Source of the DNA: Moniliella sp. 'wahieum'
Lineage: Eukaryota
Assembly (NCBI GenBank): GCA_003971905.1
Contig: RSEE01000042.1
Span: 186,001-250,000, forward strand
Length of the DNA stretch: 64,000 bases
Direction: 5' to 3'
Part shown: piece after piece, positions 59,999 through 64,000 of the stretch
Layout: each line of letters starts with the position of its first letter
Position numbering within the stretch: position 1 is the stretch's first letter
Made by a program: the position numbers and the translations under genes
The notes under the pieces: generated by a model
Database searches by the model: none
Told to the model about the DNA's origin: nothing
The model's input: the letters and a program-made list of their open reading frames with translations, nothing else

Positions 59999-61339
59999 GA
60001 TGTGGCAGGTAGCAGGCAAGTGGCGGTTGGTGGCGGTGGCGATCGAATCGCCCAGGTCTCGTTCTGAGATCTGAGCAGAAGCGACAAACGGTGGCCGGTG
60101 GCGATGCGGGAACAATACATTTCAAAAAATCTGGCCTGCAAAATCCAGCCTCCACCTGGCCCTCTTCGCTCCCATCTCTGCAGCCCTTGATTCAGGGCGG
60201 TCTGGGGCAGCGAAGGGCAGCGCCCCTCCAGCCCCACCGCGCGCGGCTGCTGTTCATGCCGCCCTCGGCGCTGGGACGAACGATATGCCGGGAGAAGCAC
60301 TTAGTTCCTGGCGCCTTGATGCACCTTCCATTGCCGCCGGGGCCGTCTAACAGGATACCGTGGAACGGAAAGGGGGGCCGGCCGTCTGCTGCTGCCACCG
60401 CAAGAACGATGGCAGATGTCCATCCGAGCCGACGAGTACTCGGATCAGAAGAATTCAGTGCCCCCCTCCCCCTTCCGCTTGCGACAGGTGGCATGGTAAG
60501 GAAGGCAGAGAGAAATGAAGAGAAAAAGACAATGCGTCGAAGAGAAGACAAACATGTCAAGGCCCCTGCCTTACAGGGCCAGGGTCACAGACCGGTTGCC
60601 GAACACTACTAGTCCACGAACTCATCACGCGTGTGCGGAGGCCTGCAGAGTGGCATGCAGAGCGGGGGCCGTGAGGATGAGGGGGCGGGGATGGCAGGGA
60701 GTGGTGGTAACCCAGGGGGGTGCGGGCCACGCACGTCAGCGCGCCACCGCCACCAGCACGATGGATTCATTGTGCGCGCCTTGCTAGCGCTCAGGCCCCG
60801 AGCGAGGAGTGCTAGTGACCGGTGAGGCTCTGGTGACCTCACCGGTCGGCCTGGTCGGTGGACTCCGACTCAGGCGCCACGTCCCCACTGTGGTTGCGTA
60901 AGCCACTGCCTGGCCGGCCAGCCGAACGTGCCCCTCGGGCCCCTTGCCCTGCGCTGAGGCACAGCGCGGCACTAGTGTGCGGCCCAGCACCCACCGGCCA
61001 CCCCCCCGTTCTGTGTGGCCAGCCGGTGCGCTCCTGTGCCGCCCTAGCCTCCCTCGGCCCAGGCCGCTCGCCCGCCCAGTGCGCCCACCCCGCCACAGCA
61101 CCAGTGTCCCAGGGGACAGGGGAACAGTGCGCAGCTGTGCGGCGCGCAGCTCCAACACTGCCCCCACACCTCCCCTCCCCTCATGCATCATGGGGCACTT
61201 TATCTCCCGCGCTAGTCCCCGGCTAGGTAGCTGCTAGCCGCCTGGTTCCCCCCCCCTCCCCCCTCGCCATCCGCTCTTGGTCTTTCCCTTTCCCCCCCCA
61301 CACCACCCTCCATCTGCGCCCACACCCTCTTCCTTTGCC

Positions 61340-62775
61340 ATGGCAGGTGGTGTGTTCGGCATGTTTGGCGCGGCCGCCGCGCAGTCACTCGTCGCTTCCG
61401 ATCCATCCTCCTCCGCCCCCCGTCCGCTCCGGGCGTGCTCACGCTTGCCGATTGGGATGCCTTTGCCTCCTCGCCCGCACCTGCTCCCACGCGTCCAGCT
61501 CGCACTCTGGACCTTGTCTTTGTCATGGACGCTACTGGGAGTATGGGCTCCTACATCCGCGAAGCCACCCGCAACATTGAGGCAATCTGCGATACGTTGA
61601 TCTCTCAATCCGACGACCTTCGCGGCCCCGATGCCCTGCGGATTGCTCTCATTGCCTACCGTGACCATCCCCCCCAAGATCGAAGCTATGTCACCAAGAC
61701 ATTTCCATTTACCACCTCTGTTGCTGAGGTCAAGGCCAATCTCCACACCCTCTATGCATCTGGAGGAGGTGATGGCCCCGAGGCAGTCACCGCGGCGATG
61801 GCCGAGCTCGTGGCTCTTCCCTGGAGGCCCGAAGCAACCAAGCTGGCTGTGCTCATCACCGATGCGCCGCCCCATGGGATCGGCGAAATGGGCGATGGGT
61901 TCCCTCAGGGCTCTCCTGATGGCCATGACCCCCTCGTTCTCGCCCGCATCATGGCCCCAAGGTATTGGCTTGCTGATGGTGGCATGCGAGCCGGCCTTGT
62001 CGGCGTACCGGTATGCGGTCGACTTTTCCATGGTGTGGTCCAAATTACTGGGGGAACGTGCGTCCCCCTACACAGCCAGCCTACTTAGTCATGTTATTGT
62101 TGCAGCTGCAGCGGAGGCGATGGACTTGGAACGCATACAAGGATGTGGGGGACGAGCTCATGGATCGTTTGCACTCTCTCTCGCTCAATCCGAATGGTGC
62201 TAATACGACGTTGGATGAGATTGCGAGGGAGTTGCACTCCAACTCACTTTTGTTGCGACAAGAGAATACTAAGCAACTCTATCTCGAGTCGATCTACACT
62301 GAATCGGTCGAGGCGGAGCACAATCGCTCAGTCTTTGCTTCTTCCCCTTCGTTGGACGTGGCTCGTCCCCAACTGCAACGGGTCATGGCAACCCGCTTGA
62401 ACGCCTCATACCGTCAAACACGTCAAGTCAACACCTCTTTCCGCCCCACCTCTACGAGCACCCCTCCTCGCCCAGCTAAACGGACCATGCGCACCACATT
62501 TGACTCGTACTCTGCCGGACCTGGACTCAGCACCTCGATCTCCCCCTCGGCTTCTACACCTGGGCTTGGATTTTCCCCTGCGTCCCCCGCCACCCATGGA
62601 GTACCTCGATTCGTGCGCAACGTCCGCAGGCCTTCCTCGATTCGGATGAGGAGGAAGAGGAAGAGGAGGAGGAGGCACCCTTACCAGTAGCCGTATCGAC
62701 GGCATCGGGCACCTACGAAGTAGCGGGCGCAGATGGCCAGAAGCTCTTCTTTGGCCAAGGTCCCCTGTCCTTTGA
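61340..62775 (+). CDS. von Willebrand factor A domain protein (VwkA-type vWA, no kinase domain visible)
   Basis: LDLVFVMDATGSMGSYI (MIDAS-like), IAYRDHPPQD, ASGGGDGPEAV and LITDAPPHG motifs. Frameshifts; 3' end approximate. Confidence 0.87.
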
Positions 62776-63221
62776 CCAAGCTCGTCGTTTGGCCTGGCAG
62801 ACGGCCCAGCGAAGTGGCCTCGCTGCCTAACATCCTCTTCTGCCCGCTCAACCATGCTCTTTCTACTTCCTCGCATATGTCAGACGTGCACAATACCCCA
62901 TAACGGATCTGTTCCTGTGAACGTTTAACGTGCTCAATCCCTACATTTGATTCGGCTCCTTGGCTGGCGGACACCACACAGTATATAAGAAGTGCAACAG
63001 ACAACTGTTGTTATGAAGCGTGGACAATATGGACGAAGGGGGTTCTTGGGTAAGAGCCGAACTGAGGTGAAAGTGCTTGTTCCATATGCGTACACCACAT
63101 ATAAAGTTCTGCAAGACCGAGGCAACGACGGTGTCCATGGGGTTATGGGCTAGATTCGAAGAACAACGGGCTTTCCCCTTAGTGACGATAATGTAAAGGC
63201 TGTCTCGTCCACGACCAAGCA

Positions 63222-63314
63222 GCTCCGATCTTCCAGTGGTTAGGAAGTGGGATTTTGAATAGGCACCTGTCAAGACATCTTCCCGAAACCTGGGTTCGAA
63301 TCCCAGTTGGAGCT
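63222..63314 (+). tRNA. tRNA-Gln(UUG) with a 21-nt canonical intron (63259..63279)
   Basis: Acceptor stem GCTCCGA/TTGGAGC, D arm TTCC-AGTGGTTA-GGAA, anticodon stem TGGGA/TCCCG with TTG at 63255-63257, and T arm CTGGG-TTCGAAT-CCCAG. Confidence 0.93.
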
Positions 63315-63316
63315 TA

Positions 63317-63323
63317 TTTTTTT
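63317..63323 (+). terminator. Pol III oligo-T terminator of the tRNA gene
   Basis: T7 run immediately after the discriminator base. Confidence 0.75.
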
Positions 63324-63505
63324 CTCTTCGAATGTGTGAAGTCACACCCCAGGTCCTGCTTAAAAGTGTAGGAGAGCTGATATATTCCGCTGGCGCGGAA
63401 CCAAAAATAGCAAGAAACGGCCCGCGCCCAACCTCTTACGACGTCGGCTTGCTTCGGCTTATCTGGTTCTGCAACCACCACCACTACCTCCTGCTAGTGC
63501 CGGCG

Positions 63506-64000
63506 ATGAGCGACGAGGTGGAACACCGGGTGATCAATATTGCACTCCTAGTGGCTGACACGCCTCCGCCCAAGGTGACGGAGAAGTTTGGTGACTACAC
63601 CAAGATCTACCCTCGCTTCTTGAACGGCGCGCTAGCCACCATTCCTCGCTTCCGTCACCACTACACTGCCGAGCTCAACATTGTCCCCTTCCATGTGCGT
63701 AATGTGGATGATTACCCTTCCGGGGAGGACCTTGGTGAGGGTAAGTGGGATGCATCATGATCACCGGCTCCGCCTCGAACGCGTACGAAGACAACGAGTG
63801 GACGAACAAGATGGTCAAGTTCATCCAGTATGTGGCTGAGGACCATCCCTTGGTTCGCATTATGGGCATCTGCTGGGGCCACCAAATTGTAGCCCGCGCA
63901 TTTGGGGCCAAGGTCGAATCCAACCCTCTTGGATGGGAGGTCAGTACTCAGTCGATGCTGATCCTTGCTGATTTATACTGACTATCGTTGATCTGCCCAG
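63506..64000 (+). CDS. class I glutamine amidotransferase-like protein (partial, runs off the window)
   Basis: IALLVADTP...FGDY, IMITGSASNAY and MGICWGHQIVARAFG (catalytic Cys elbow). An intron starts at ~63940. Confidence 0.88.

Noticed and set aside
60409..60612. Small plus-strand ORF MADVHPSRRVLGSEEF...
   Set aside because: Plausible start, but short, with no recognisable family and no independent support.

Overview
GC-rich eukaryotic DNA from a basidiomycete-like fungus. The lineage (possibly Ustilaginomycotina) is inferred from gene content and short GT-AG introns with CTRAC branch sites. The window holds about 24 protein-coding genes, mostly housekeeping: pectinesterase, YOP1, a Zn2Cys6 transcription factor, WrbA-type quinone reductase, HCNGP-like protein, ARG1, ALO1-type lactone oxidase, VPS35, a CorA Mg transporter, TRF4-type polymerase, SSN6/CYC8, a PHO80/PCL cyclin, the complex I 75 kDa subunit, RPL23, a TTP-family CCCH protein, a beta-hydroxyacid dehydrogenase, a BTB protein, SEC4/Rab8, a PHD protein, a vWA protein and a class I glutamine amidotransferase. 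It also holds one intron-containing tRNA-Gln(UUG). Almost every CDS is broken by single-base indels, often at homopolymers. This looks like unpolished long-read assembly error, so gene ends are approximate. The most unusual signals are non-coding. (1) Intergenic clusters of 7-bp-period arrays follow one rule, a T-N-A joint plus a palindromic tetramer, and use about 14 different tetramers. (2) A dispersed ~220-bp element carries a ~60-nt hairpin present in three copies with compensatory base changes. (3) A 599-nt intron in the TTP-family gene has a 355-nt AG-free zone behind a distant branch point.
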